Source of the DNA: Eledone cirrhosa
Taxonomy: Eukaryota
NCBI GenBank assembly: GCA_964016885.1
Contig: OZ024743.1
Location: forward strand, 168,392,001 to 168,456,000
DNA: 64,000 bases
Direction of reading: 5' to 3'
Part shown: positions 14,215 through 27,332 of the stretch, in pieces
How positions within the stretch are numbered: position 1 is the stretch's first letter
Layout of the letters: each line of letters starts with the position of its first letter
Position numbers and translations under genes: made by a program
The notes under the pieces: generated by a model
Database searches by the model: none
Seen by the model: the letters and a program-made list of their open reading frames with translations, nothing else
Told to the model about the DNA's origin: nothing

Positions 14215-14566
14215 ATATATATATAAACAACTATCTGGTTGTGGAACCAACCAACCAACCAGAAATTTATAAATTTGTAAATTTATAAATATATAATAAA
14301 TTAAATTGAAGTGAAAGCAACTGGTGCGTGTGTTTCTTATTGGCAACATGACCCTCCCAAAGTATAACAATATCGGTTTCAACACACGATTTCAGATAAA
14401 GAATCTTGCTAAACAAATTCAGAAACGAAATATATATATAAATATATATAAATATATATATATATAAATATATAAATAAATATATATATAAATATATATA
14501 TATATAAATATAAATATAAATATATATATAAATATATCTAAATATATATATCAATATATATATATG

Positions 14567-15872
14567 TAGAAGTTATATTTCATTTGTTCGGATACAATAA
14601 GCAAATATTTTTATAACTGATATAAAGCACTCAACAAATTTTTGGAGTAAAGATACAATATATTAACAAATGGAAACTATATTAATAAAACCATATTTAT
14701 TTCATAATACATATTTCAAGGACACCAACGCAAATTATGGCGCGCTTTCGTCAGATAAAATATAATATAGATAAGTTTTATAAAGAAATATTGATATACC
14801 CTTAAAAGAATGCGACCATGTCTGTTGGAAGCTCCCGGATAGTGGGGTTACTAATTTTTATTATTGGTCTATTATGCAAATTAGTGTCGGCGAGGTTTAA
14901 ATCCCATATATTTAAATTAAGGGAATAGGGAAAAAGGAAAGGAAAAAGAAAGTGCAAACCCAAAGAAGGAAAACAAAAGAAAAGAAAAGAAATGGAAAAG
15001 GAAAAACAAAAGAAAGAGAAAGAGAGAAAACCCTAAGTGAGAGAGTGTTGCATTAACGTAATTTTATGAGATGATGAAACGAAAAGATAAATATATAGTG
15101 GATGAGTTAGCCGGAGAAGATAAAACGTGGATAGATAAATAAATAAATAGATAGTAGTAACCATAGAAATTTATCTAATGTTTAAATTTGATTAAATTAT
15201 TGAGATCTATAAATAAAAAATAAAAAATTGAGATCTATATATTATTAAAAGAATATATATATATACACATATATATATATACATATATATATATAAATAT
15301 ATACTATCAAAAAATATTATTAAAATATATGTTATTATTACATAACCTTACATAAATTTATTATTAATCATCAACCAACAATTAATTATTAATTTTTCAA
15401 TTAACAATAAAACTTATAAGAAATAACAAAATATATGTTTAAAATATAGGAATGTTCAGAGATTGTTTACTGAAGAAAAACTCTTCTTAGTAATAGCAAT
15501 ACAGCGTGAGGGAAAGTTAATTGATTTATTTGTAATTTAGATAGTTCTAATGATTAAATGTTATAAAAGTTAAGATGATAAAAAATGTAAGATTATAAGA
15601 GAACCTTATATTATTTTATAGCAAGTTATAATTTTATAAAATTTATATATTTTATAAATCCACCTGGTATACAGTTGTGACCGTTAAAATATAAGTTTGT
15701 TTACTATAACGTCTTAATGTTTAAAGTTTTTCTTAAGAATATATCTAAAGCATAAACCGTAAAAAAAACCTTTTACATGAGTTTATTCATAGAATGTATT
15801 CAAATTATACATTTTGATATATATAGACCCACATATACATACACATACATGCATACATGCGCATATATACAA

Positions 15873-15915
<43 letters not shown>

Positions 15916-17452
15916 CATACATACATACACACACATATACACATATATATATACAAATACAAAATAATGCTATAAAATAAAATATGAGTTATAATTTTAA
16001 AAAGGATTATAATTTTAAAAGGAATTACAATTTGTAAAAAATTACAATTTAAAAAAAATATAATTATATAATTTTAAAACGAATTATATTTTTAAGCAAT
16101 GTAATTTTTATGCAATATAATTCGAAAAATATGTAATTTTTAAAAATATATATAAGAATATATAGAAAAAACACAGTATAAAATATGAATTATAATTTTT
16201 TATATATCCATCAGAGGAATGAACCAAAACCCCTTTTTTTTTTTAGAAATGTTCAGTATGTTTATCTTAATTTTTTATATATCCATTTTTAAAAGAAAAA
16301 TTTAAGTATGTTTATCGGAAATATTTTTCTTCATTTAAGAGAGTTTTTGGCAGTCGTATGAAGGAATCTAACGATTTAATAAGATGAGTTATATATTACA
16401 TTTTAAATTTATATTTAAACGTTGAATTTAATCTATGTTTGCAGCAACTGAAAAGATTGTTCCTTAGATTCACAGAATGTTTGCTCTTTAATATAAAGAA
16501 TATTTCCTCTATACAAAGAGTACAATTTTCAGAAGAATAATTGAATGGAGGAGCTTTGGAGATAATATTCCAAAGTAAAGAATAGTTAATGTTCTTTAAT
16601 TTTAGGTAAGCTAGATAGAGAAGTTGAACATTTTTTTTATTTATATTCGTAAAAGAGCATTTATGCTGATTAAAACGAGATTTGAAGACTGTGGAAGTAG
16701 AACCTACATAATTAAATGAATTTAGATTAGTTTTTACATTACAATTATATACTATATTTTTAGCTAAACAATTGTTATTTAACGGACAGTTAGATTTATT
16801 TCTACAGTTACATTTATCAAAATTCAAGTTACTAGGAGCCGTGTTATTAAATTAGATATTGCTGGGGTTGTTAATGGTATTCTGGTTAGGTTTTAAGTTT
16901 CTATTATTAATTCTATTAATATTCTGCGCTAAATTATTGGTGGTTGAATAAGTTAATTTTATAGTATCTCTATTAAATATTGAGTAATATCTATGTGTTC
17001 TAGGGAAGCATTTATCAAGAGCTTTAAAGAATAGTTTAGCAATAGGAGTTTTAATATTTAATGAGAAAGGACGAGCAAACCATAATATATTCCTAGTTCT
17101 ATTCCTTTTTTTGTTTTTCGAATTATTGTAAGGTTTTCTATTATAGTTGTTAAATTATGATTAGTTGTTACTTTTTTCCCTATTCCAACGGCTTAATTTA
17201 AATGTATGGGATTTAAATCTCTCCGACACTAATTTGCATAATAGACCAATAATAAAATTAGTAACCCCACTATCTGGGAGCTTCCAACAGACATAGTCGC
17301 ATTCTTTTAAGGATATGTCAATATTTGTTTATAAAACTGATCTATATTATATTTTATCCGATGAAAGCGCACCATAATTTGCTTTGGTGTCCTTGAAATA
17401 TGTAAAATGAAATAAATATGGTTTTATAAATATAGTTTCCATTTGTTAATAT
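14567..17452 (-). mobile_element. Family B PLE (second lineage), 5'-truncated, with ~265-bp inverted pLTRs (14654-14921 and 17191-17452), long AT-rich 3' UTR and tail 14567-14653
   Basis: Inverted arms with HHRs at 14699-14761 (-) and 17351-17413 (+, degenerate) enclosing a GIY-YIG remnant. Confidence 0.8.
16396..17110 (-). pseudogene. PLE RT-thumb/linker plus GIY-YIG endonuclease remnant
   Basis: RNIIWFARPFS...FNRDTIK; CNCRNKSNCPL, NIVY...YVGST..FKSRF..H, CTLCIEE, CKH. Confidence 0.85.
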
Positions 17453-17470
17453 ATATATATATATATATAT

Positions 17471-17820
17471 AAACGGAAAAAATGAAGCGAAATTTCATTT
17501 CCCACTCTTAGTACGGCTGTTACTTAAATATAAGTATGCATACATACATAATATATGTATACAGACGTACAGTAGTATGTATATATATATACATACATGC
17601 ACACACACATATATGTACATTATAATGCTCGGTGTGTCTGTAAACAAACATCCCGTATCAAGCCGTAGTGTCTAGCAATCATCGTTGCTCGTTTGTTCAA
17701 CACTGACAAAGGAACGCTGTACTAGTTTTAAGCTTATCGTCAGCAACGTATACCTTCCTGCCAGATAGTTGAACGTCCGAAAGTATATACTTTCCTTATG
17801 CATATCAACGGCTGAGTAGC
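17471..17820 (-). mobile_element. Family F pLTR plus tail with degenerate HHR (17713-17749)
   Basis: Homologous to 59800-60000 in reverse; acgttg-CTGACGA-taagctt-AAAA-ctag-TA-cagcgt. Confidence 0.6.
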
Positions 17821-17823
17821 CTA

Positions 17824-18285
17824 ATAAAGGACAAAATGAATACATACAGACACACACAAAAACCAAACTAACAAAACAAATCAGACAAACACAGATAGAA
17901 CAAACAACCAACTAGTGACAAGTAGATACACACATAAATAAATGAATAAAAACATATACACACACGGATGTAGCGCATACGCAAACTAAGCACAGACACA
18001 CAACACAAAAACAAGATATTGTAGGACAGAGCAGAGGAGAGACACACAAAATAAAAACCTAGTCACTGAGGAGGTCACAAAGTATGTGACGAAAGAGCTT
18101 TGACAATATATAAACAACTTTCCGGTTATCGAACCAACAAAGCAAACGGAAAATTTGTAATAAATTGAAGTGAAAACCAGCAGGTGCGTGTGGTTTTATT
18201 GGCAGCATGACCCTCCCAAATTATAACAACATCTGTTTCAACACACGTTTTCGGATAAGAAATCTTGCAAAAAGTCAGAAACTAC
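17824..18285 (+). mobile_element. Family A-related pLTR plus tail, HHR 18061-18104
   Basis: Similar to 13880-14430; agtca-CTGAGGA-g-gtcaca...tgtgac-GAAA-gagc-TT-tgac. Confidence 0.85.
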
Positions 18286-18289
18286 CATA

Positions 18290-18710
18290 AAATACCTGAT
18301 CAGCAAAACATACCTCTTTAAGAAAATCCACTGTACGAATAAGAAATGTATTATATGTAGAATGAACCCTCATATAAATTGTAAAACTAGAAATGTAGTC
18401 TATAGCATAAGATGTGCAGAGAAATATGACTACTACATATATAAGCCAGACAGCTCAAAGCATAGGAGAGAGAATAGACCAACACTGGGGGGGAACTAAA
18501 AGGACAAAAAGACGGTTCAGTATTATATGAACACGCCAGAGAAAGACATGATGGTAATATAGACAGCATAGAAATTAAAATAATATCTAAACTTAGAAAT
18601 GACTCAACAGGTAGACAAATCAGAGAAGCAACTGAAATAGAACTAAGAAAACCAAAGTTGAACAGAAAAAAAACGAATGGAATAACAGCAACCACACACA
18701 ATACTGACCT
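18290..18710 (+). pseudogene. GIY-YIG endonuclease fragment of a family A-related PLE
   Basis: Translates to CTNKKCIIC...CKTRNVVYSIRC...SIGERIDQHW...RQIREATEI..RKPKLN with frameshifts. Confidence 0.8.
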
Positions 18711-19323
18711 AAGGTAAATATAAACAAATACATGAATATATACATTTTGTGAGTGTATATATATGTGTGTATGTATGTGTGAATGTATGCGTTAATTCCT
18801 CAAAATCTTCATCAACACTCATTAACACCACACCCCACACCCCAGGCACATCCAAATCTCTCTTATATATAGTCATACATTTCAATACAACCTGATCTCA
18901 GTTTGACAATCGCCACCGACGAATGCGAGAAAGTTCTCCAACAAAGTTAACCAGGAATCCTTAAAATTCTTCTCACCGAAGTTAACAAAGAACTTACTAG
19001 ATCTACCAACTCATAATATTATAATATAAAATTAAATCAAATTATTTAACACTACAGGTGAAGTCATACTTTTCCTTTTTTTTCAAATATATAACCTGAT
19101 TAGTTCTATCGTTCCTTTGGTATACATTGTATGTTGGTTTAGCCTACCACAATGTTCGATTTGTCAGGCTATTTAACCGTATGTTATAACTCTGAGACCT
19201 ATCGTATCAAGTGCTTTGCTAACTCATCACCTCATATAAGTAGGCCGAATTTACTTGCAAACCGCCAGAGATTCGATTTTACTGATTTCCAATTATATAT
19301 ATATATATAAATATATAAATAAT

Positions 19324-19907
19324 TGTTGTTTGAGAGTACGACACCCCACTGGCGAGAATGGGCTGGACCACTACATATAAATATTTGCGGCCTGAGTAAG
19401 TGGGAGGTTGGTACTAGTTCCACAGTTCGTGTGTTGATAGTTGAAGTGGGTACTAGTACCGCAGTCCGTGTGTTGATAGTTGAAGTGGGTACTAGTACCG
19501 CAGTCCGTGTGTTGATAGTTGAAGTGGGTACTAGTACCACAGTCCGTGTGTTGATAGTAAAAGTTGAAGTTCGAGTTAGCGTGTTTGATTGTTGGTTCTT
19601 AAAAGATTGTTGTTCCATTATGTGTGGTTATTGCCGTTTGTTTCAATTATATTATTACACTGTTGCAGTGTATTCGTTTATCCATAAGGAAATAACATCT
19701 GGCGATGAGGACCGTTCGAATCTCACATTGGTTCTCCGGGGAAACGCGTTCTCCATATTGACCGCCGGGGTTGTGGGGCGGCCAGCTCGTGGGACCCCAT
19801 TTGCTCACAATAGAGAGAGAGTGGGAAGATGACGGTGGGAGTTCGGCTCTTCCGTGCTCGGACACATTGCACCTCTGAAGAGTGTATTTTCATACTTGTG
19901 ACGAACA
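19324..19907 (+). mobile_element. Probable LTR plus leader of an LTR retrotransposon; internal 39-bp tandem repeats; PBS-like TGGCGATGAGG near 19700
   Basis: TG start; second copy at 26355-26857; lies upstream of gag; exact LTR end uncertain. Confidence 0.55.
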
Positions 19908-20064
19908 TTGTGAATACTTATGCATGCATATGTATGTATATATGACTTGAAGGTTTTAGATTGGTAGAATTATCTTAATGAACAAGAAGCTTAATTCTTC
20001 TGCGTCCAAGTTCGTTTATCTGAAATCCCTCAAATCATAGCCTATCATCTCAGATTTCTGCGTC

Positions 20065-22030
20065 ATGGAAAACCAAGTACAGCTTCAAGAGAAGCAACAA
20101 CAACAACTACATGAGTTGCAAAAACAAATACTACAACAATTGAGTTACAGTCGACAGAGTCCTAAAATCCAGTAAGCGCGTTCACGTCAAACGGCGTGGC
20201 TTAACGCAATTTCTGAATTTATGTATAATCCGGAGGAGGGTATTACGTTTCCTGCGTATTACGGAAGATACGAGGACATTTTTAAGAACGAATGCAAGTC
20301 ATGGTCGCAGGACCAGAAAGTAAGGCATTTACTACGCAAGGTAGCTCCTGCCGAACATGAGCGTTACTGTAGCTTTATTCTGCCCCAAAATTCGAGTGAG
20401 ATTGGTTTCCAAGAAACCGTGGAATTGCTTTCAAAAACTTTTTGTGATAGAAGTTCATTGTTTAACACCAGAATGAAGTGTTGGAACTTAACAAAGAATG
20501 AGGAGGGTCATTTTATCACCTACGCCGGAGTATTCAACCGTGTGTGCGAAAATTTCAAACTCCAGGATCTCACTCAGGGTATGTTCAAATCACTTATCTT
20601 CGTGCAAGGACTTATAGCACCTGAAGATTGAGAAATTCGAGCAAGGATTCTCTCGAAAATGGAGCAAGCAAACCAAGATTTATCTCTACAGACCATTGCA
20701 GAAGAGTGTCAGACTATGGTAAATCTTAAACATGATGTGAAAAAATACAAGATAAAGACTGCAAAAATTCAAATGTATCGTCCCGGGAGGCACAATAAAA
20801 TAAGCGTCAGGCGCCAATCCGTGTTATGGTTGTGGAGGCCTACACTATAAAAAGGATTGTCCGTTTAAATACCAAAAATGCTATAGTTGTCAGAAGCTGG
20901 GACACAGGAGTCCTCACTGTAGAACAAGACTACGAGACTCAAACACACAAAGTTCTAAGGTGTTTTCAGCGGAGAGTGATTGCGATAGAAAAACAAGAAA
21001 GTTCGTGCACTTAAAAATAAATGATGTGAATATCAAATTACAGTTAGACAGAGGTAGTGATATCTTGATTATAAATGCGGATACTTGGAAAAAAATTGGT
21101 AACCCGGGATCACGTAAAACATCGAAAATAGCGCGTGGTGTAACGGGCGATAAATTACATTTCTTGGGCAAAACATGTATCGTCGTCACATTTCGTGGAG
21201 ACATACGAAGTAAAATTATTCGTTGTGGATCAATCAATCTGTTCGGCACAGATTTGCTGGTACTATTCGATTTATGGCACTTCCCCACAAATCTTTACTG
21301 CAATAACTTAAATCGTTGTCCCGTTAAAAACAAGTCTTCGGAAGAGCTGAAGAATAAATTGAAAAAAAAATGTTTCCGCAAGTGTTATCAGAGGATTTAG
21401 GTCTCTGTAGAAAGACGGAAGCCTATTTTCAAGTAAGTGAAAACAATAAACAATAAAAATTCAGATGCCAGTAGTTTTTCAATTTACGACGATGTATGCC
21501 CAAAAAGGTGTATTGCAAAAATTTCACAGCGGACATCCAGGATTGGTAAGGGTGAAAGTAATTATGAGGAGTTATGTCTATTGGCCATCTATGGACCGAG
21601 ATATTGAAAACTTGGCGAGAACGTGCCGAGGTTGGACGCTCGCGGCAAAGGCTGCGCCAGATGCGGAGAACCCAAGTCTAGGGCACACATTGATTATGCC
21701 GGACCGGTAAACGGCGCTTACTACTTAATCGTACTAAGTGGTTGGAAGTTTTCAGGTGCTATAGACAACGGAACGCAGTTCTCTGAGCATGAATCGAAGA
21801 ACTTCTGTAAAAGGCATGCGATAAAGCATATTTTCACTCCACCCTACCACCCGATGCCAAACGGGCAGGTAGAAAGATTTCTGGACACCTTTAAGACAGC
21901 GTTAAGAAAAGCGAGAAATGAATTAAGTAACGACGAAGCACTGACACATTTCTTAAGAATATACAGAGTGACCCCAGATCGAAGTACAAATTCAGAGAAG
22001 TTCCCGCAGAATTGATGTTCCCAAGAAGAA
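20065..22030 (+). pseudogene. Ty3/Gypsy gag-protease-integrase remnant with RT/RNaseH deleted near 21450
   Basis: Gag with two CCHC knuckles (~20820-20920), QLDRGSD protease motif, integrase HSGHPG...WPSMDRDIE...C..., HIDYAGP, DNGTQF, PPYHP.PNGQVERF. Confidence 0.9.
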
Positions 22031-22354
22031 TAAAATAATATATATTGTTATACTTTGGGAGCGCCATGCTGCCAATAAAAACACTCCCACCTGTTGGTTT
22101 TCACTTCAATTTATTCCAAATTTCCAGTTGGTTGTTATAATAACCGGATGGTTATTTGTTTATTGTCAAAGCTCTTTGGCCACACATTCTGTGACCTCCC
22201 CGGAAGCTAATTTCTTATTTTCTCTCTTTATTTGCTCTCTCCTACACCATCTTGCTTTTGTGTGATGTGTGCTGTGTATTTGGGTTGCGCATGTGTTATA
22301 TCCCGGTGTGTGCGTGTGTGTTTATTTATGCGTTTATCTACTTGCCTGAAGCTG

Positions 22355-22610
22355 GATGGCGCGTGGCTTTGTGGTTAAAGTATTTGGCTCATAATCGAAA
22401 GATCGTGAGTTAGATTCGCTGCGGCGCGTTATCCTTGAGCAAGACACTTTATTTCACTTCAGTCCACTCAGCTGGCAAAAATGAGTTGTACTCCCTAAGA
22501 TCTGCGTTAAAGCGTTTTTGTGGAATGCTCAGCCACTTGCACGTTAGGCTGTTCTGTTGATCTGATCAACTGTAACAATCGTCGTCGTAACCCGCGGAGT
22601 ACCAGAGAGA
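22355..22610 (+). mobile_element. tRNA-derived SINE with CORE-like domain (related copies 26897-27015 +, 29295-29412 -, 33150-33330 +)
   Basis: A-box-like tggctttgtggtt, degenerate B box, ccttgagcaagacacttt motif. Confidence 0.7.
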
Positions 22611-22655
22611 GTTGGTTGATTTTTCTATCGGTGTGTGTCTTGTTTGTTTCATTTT

Positions 22656-22932
22656 TTGGTTCTTGTGTGTCTATGGATGTCTTCATCTTGTCCATAATTA
22701 GATTGGTTCTTGTGTGTCTTGGTATATCTTCATCTTTTCCTTAATTAGATTGGTTCTTGTGTGTCTCGGTATGTCTTCATCTTGTTCTTAATTAGATTGG
22801 TTCTTGTGTGTCTTGGTATGTCTTCATCTTGTCCTTAATTAGTTTGATTCCCGTGTGTCTCGGTATGTCTTCATCTTGTCCTTAATTAGTTTGGTTCTTG
22901 TGACTCGGTATGTCTTCATCTTGTCCTTAATT
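22656..22932. repeat. Tandem array of about 6 copies of a 47-bp unit at the PLE stop-codon/3' UTR boundary
   Basis: ttggttcttgtgtgtcttggtatgtcttcatcttgtccttaattaga repeated. Confidence 0.9.
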
Positions 22933-23149
22933 ACTAGTTTTGATGTTATTGCTATGTAACTCATGTTTTCTATTTAATTTTGGTTGGCGTTCGTTTAAGT
23001 TTATCACTTAAAGCCCTATCAAGGTTGGTGGCTGTTGAAGTCATCAGTACGCAGCTCCTGGAGGGAGTGGGCTTTCGGAACAGGAGAGTGCCACGTACTT
23101 CTCGGAGGCTTGTATCCGTTAGTGATGGTGAGGTTTCCTCAATAACACA

Positions 23150-23350
23150 AAACTCTGTAATAGCATGCCTGGTGTAAGTGGCAACACTATATTTCGAGTG
23201 GGGTACTGCAACAATGAGCTTGTACCCATTGAAACGAAGCTTGGAGCAGCTCGCGACATCACCAATATGAGTTTCTTGTACTAATATGACATCAATGTCA
23301 AGACACTGTCGACTCTTTTGAGGTAGATGTTACTACGCCTACATTAACCA
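23150..23350 (-). pseudogene. AP-endonuclease N-terminal fragment of a LINE
   Basis: Minus frame DIDVILVQETH...FNGYKL...PHSKYSVATY. Confidence 0.65.
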
Positions 23351-24103
23351 TTGTGTCCTGACTTATTTATGTCAGTGGAGTACGATTTGACTACGATTTC
23401 TAACATACGTTGAACTGCATAGTCTTCTTCGTTGGGTCATTCTTGTAACTGGGGTATGGTTTTTAAAAAGTTGTAGCTGCTAATTCTATCAGAAGATACT
23501 ATGGATTACCTGAGAACAAATCTTAATTTTCATAAAAATACAGACTCAGCATGTTTAATCTCAAGTCGGCCCTCATCGAACTGGCCTATAATGGTTTTTA
23601 ATTTTGGCAGAAGGCCAATAATTTTGAGGGAAGGAAAGTCGGTTAAATCGACCCCAGTTCATTAGTGGTACTTCATTTTATCGGCCTCGTAAGGATGAAG
23701 GCAAACTAACCTTGGCGGGATTTGAAATCAGAACGTAATTGATCGTAACTCTATCCTGTAAAGCATGTTGTCTGACGTTCTACCGATACTGCCTATCCAA
23801 CTACAATGCCCTATACTATAATCAAAGACGACCCAGCTGTACCTCTCAAGTGGGCCCTCATCGAGCTGTCTTAAAATCAAAGACAATCCAAACTGTAACA
23901 ATCCCGTCCTTTTCTTATGTTTAATAAAACCAGTAACCGATTATTCAACATTGACTTTTATAAGATAGAAGGATGTTATTTGAGGAAGATTCGTTTGTTA
24001 TTTTTACAGGTCGATTGACAACATAGAAACTCTTCCGTTGGCTCGACGGATTCGGTGTTTCGTTTCTTAAGGAATGAGAAATATATATATATATCTGTAG
24101 CAA

Positions 24104-24182
<79 letters not shown>

Positions 24183-24388
24183 GCAATCGCATAAAGAGAG
24201 GTACATATACCCAACAATTCGATTAAATGAATTAAAAACGTTGTTAAGCCACACAGTCATTTCGCTTTTACAAGACCCAATATGTTGTAATAACAAACCT
24301 TACTGCCCATGAACGAGAACTTGTGAACGTATATCATCGTATGTGATGTGCAGGTGTTTATGTATGGGTGCATGCCTGTGCGTGAATG

Positions 24389-24426
<38 letters not shown>

Positions 24427-24899
24427 CGCACAGGCATGCACCTATATATATATGAGAATATGCGTCTAAGCCTGTGTATTGTATCTGAATGAACGTGTAG
24501 TTTAGATGTGTGAGGATTGATGTCATGTTAAGTTGCAATATTTCATGTTACTGCAGTTAATTCCAGCTATAATGACTGGAAGTGGCAGCTGATAGCGATG
24601 TCATGGCAGCATTATTGCTGCATTATGTATTCTCGAGTGTCCATCCATCCATCAAAACTAAAGACTATATATCTATGTGAGTGTGTTTATCAGTGTATAT
24701 ATATATATATATATATATAGTGTAGGCAGTACGGTGAAATACTGGTGTTAGTACGAAATAAAGCACTCTATGCACAGGCAGAGTGTATATAATAGAAAAA
24801 AACGGTGAAGTTTCGTTTACATAAGAAAAATATTTCTTGCATATCGACATATTACGCGCGTTTCGCAGAGGATTGGCTCAAGGTGAGCCATAGGAGTTA

Positions 24900-25069
24900 G
24901 CCCTAGGAAAGGAAAATGCTTCTCTGATGAGCTTTGGTTTTCCATCAGAAATCCATCGGATTTCTGAGGTTTTACAAAGCGAAAATGATCAGTAGAAGTG
25001 GTAAATATTTATATTATATTTTTTAATTTATTTTGAAAAATTGGTTGAATTTTACTTGTTCTGCTTATC

Positions 25070-25072
<3 letters not shown>
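24900..25072 (+). mobile_element. Family D pLTR arm with HHR 24915-24998
   Basis: CTGATGA-gctttg...[tcagaaatcc/ggatttctga]...caaagc-GAAA. Confidence 0.8.
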
Positions 25073-25113
<41 letters not shown>

Positions 25114-25302
25114 CATTCACGCACAGGCATGCACCCATACATAAACATATATATATATGTTCTGCTTATCTTAATATATATACATACATTCACGCACAGG
25201 CATGCACCCATACATAAACATATATATATATTGTTCTGCTTATTTTAATATATATATATATATATATACATACATTCACGCACAGGCATGCACCCATACA
25301 TA

Positions 25303-25336
<34 letters not shown>

Positions 25337-25342
<6 letters not shown>

Positions 25343-26090
25343 GATAAGCAGAACAAGTAAAATTCAACCAATTTTTCAAAATAAATTAAAAAATATAATA
25401 TAAATATTTACCTCTTCTAATGGCCCTTACTGATCAGTTTCGCTTTGTAAAACCTCAGAAATCCGATGGATTTCTGATGGAAAACCAAAGCTCATCAGAG
25501 AAGCATTTTCCTTTCCTAGGGCTAAACGACCTAGGAACGATAAAATATATGACCTCCTGCCAGCTAATACAGGTCTGAAAGGTCGTAAAAGTGACCCGTA
25601 TGTAAACCGGACCGAAGTAAAAGCGGGAAACCACAGACTTGCTGTCTATAATTACTACTAAAAAAAAAAAAAAAAAATACCAGCTAAATAGAACAACAGA
25701 TTTGTTCTCTACATAACGGAGAATAATCACTCTTACGGCCTTTCAGACCTGTATTAGCTGGCAGGAGGTCATATATTTTATCGTTCCTGGGTCGTTTAGT
25801 CCTAGGAAAGGAAAATGCTTCTCTGATGAGCTTTGGTTTTCCATCAGAAATCCATCGGATTTCTGAGGTTTTACAAAGCGAAACTGATCAGTGAGGGCCA
25901 TTAGAAGAGGTAACTATTTATATTATATTTTTTAATTTATTTTGAAAAATTGGTTGAATTTTACTTGTTCTGCTTATCTTAATATTAAAGTTCTGGTATA
26001 TCAAATTAATACCATTGAACAACCTTGAGTCATAGACAACCTATGTATTTCTAGGGGTACCTAGTATCCTTGGACATATTAACTTTATTC
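25337..26090. mobile_element. Family D fold-back element: ~255-bp inverted arms (25337-25594 and 25727-25985) plus tail; HHRs 25419-25507 (-) and 25814-25902 (+)
   Basis: aatgcttct-CTGATGA-gctttg...caaagc-GAAA-ctgatcag-TA/TG-agggccatt. Confidence 0.85.
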
Positions 26091-26097
26091 ATATATA

Positions 26098-26146
<49 letters not shown>

Positions 26147-26354
26147 ATGTGAAGGCGCATGGCTTAGTGATTAAATATATATATATATAATGTGTATATA
26201 TATATATAAAGAAGGATTTGTGGTAAGGAACCAGATGGACCATAACGCACCAAAGTACTCAATACTTTTATTATAATATATATATTATGATAAAATAACA
26301 GGAGGCTGGACCTGTGTAAATCCTTGAAAGGTTTATTATACTATGATCATTTCA

Positions 26355-26857
26355 ATATTTGCGACCTGAGTAAGTGGAAGTTGGTACTAGTTCCACAGTT
26401 TGTATGTTGATAGTCGAAGTGGGTACTAGTACCACAGTCCGTGTGTTGATAGTCAAGGCTGGAGTTCGAGTTAGCGTGTTGGATTGTTGGTTCTTAAAAG
26501 ATTGTTGTTCCGTTATGTGTGGTTATTGCCGTTTGTTTCCATTATATTATTACACTGTTGGGGTCGATAAAATAAAGTACCAGTAATGCACCGGGTAATT
26601 TGCTGGCCTTGTGCCTAAAGTAGAAACAATTATATTATTACCCTGTTGCAGTGTATTCGTTTATCCATAAGGACATAAAATCTGGTGACGAGGACCGTTC
26701 GAATCTCACATTGGTTCTCCATTTTGACCGCTGTGGTTGTGGGGCGGACAGCTTGTGGGACCCCATTTGCTCACAATACAGAGAGATGGGGAAGATGACG
26801 GTGGGAGCTCGGACACATTGCACCTCTGAAGAGTGTATTTTCATACTTGTGACGAAT
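26355..26857 (+). mobile_element. Partial second copy of the LTR/leader at 19380-19907, interrupted by a SINE 3' piece (26560-26632)
   Basis: Direct sequence similarity. Confidence 0.8.
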
Positions 26858-27278
26858 ATTATTTTATCCCCCGTTATCGCTAATAGTGAATGAATGCAAG
26901 TGCATGGTTTAATGGTTACGGACATTCGGCTCACGATCGAAAGATCGTGTGTTCGAATCTCGGTGTTGCATTGTGTGTTTGAGTAAGACATTTTCATGTT
27001 GCTTCAGTCCACTGGGAAAAAAAAGTTTGCCCGAACTAGAGAATGTTTCCCTATATTTGCATAGATGCAAACATTGCTGTGGTCCGATAGAGACTTTTTT
27101 CCTCCTATATTAAGTGTTAAACTAATATATTTCTTCCTTGTGCTGTATTATTTGCTTTGTTAGTTCTGGTTACTTGTCGCATATATATACCGTTTGGCTG
27201 GTATCTTAATGATACTGGCTTAATTCAAGCATTGAGTGTGTGGGTTAAACCAACGAAGCTATATCGGTCATATCTAAG

Positions 27279-27332
<54 letters not shown>

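Larger units (their letters stand above)
10993..14430 (+). mobile_element. Penelope-like retroelement, family A, near full length with inverted 5' pLTR (10993-11266) and 3' pLTR plus tail (13882-14430)
   Basis: RT + GIY-YIG ORF, inverted pLTRs with HHRs at 11143-11187 (-) and 14170-14214 (+), (TA)n on both sides. Confidence 0.95.
22042..22995 (-). mobile_element. Family A-related PLE 3' end (tailless arm) interrupted by a SINE
   Basis: Begins tattgttatactttgggag like 5807 and 10993; ends in PKLNRKHE codons. Confidence 0.75.

Noticed and set aside
14370-14430. Antisense reading of the tail (FLNLFSKILYLKSCVETDIV) as an ORF start
   Set aside because: No start codon; the sense frame has a conserved ATG and is the better explanation
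22656-22932. CRISPR-like repeat array (also 19400-19560 and 31575-31790)
   Set aside because: Head-to-tail tandem units without unique spacers, no cas genes, eukaryotic context
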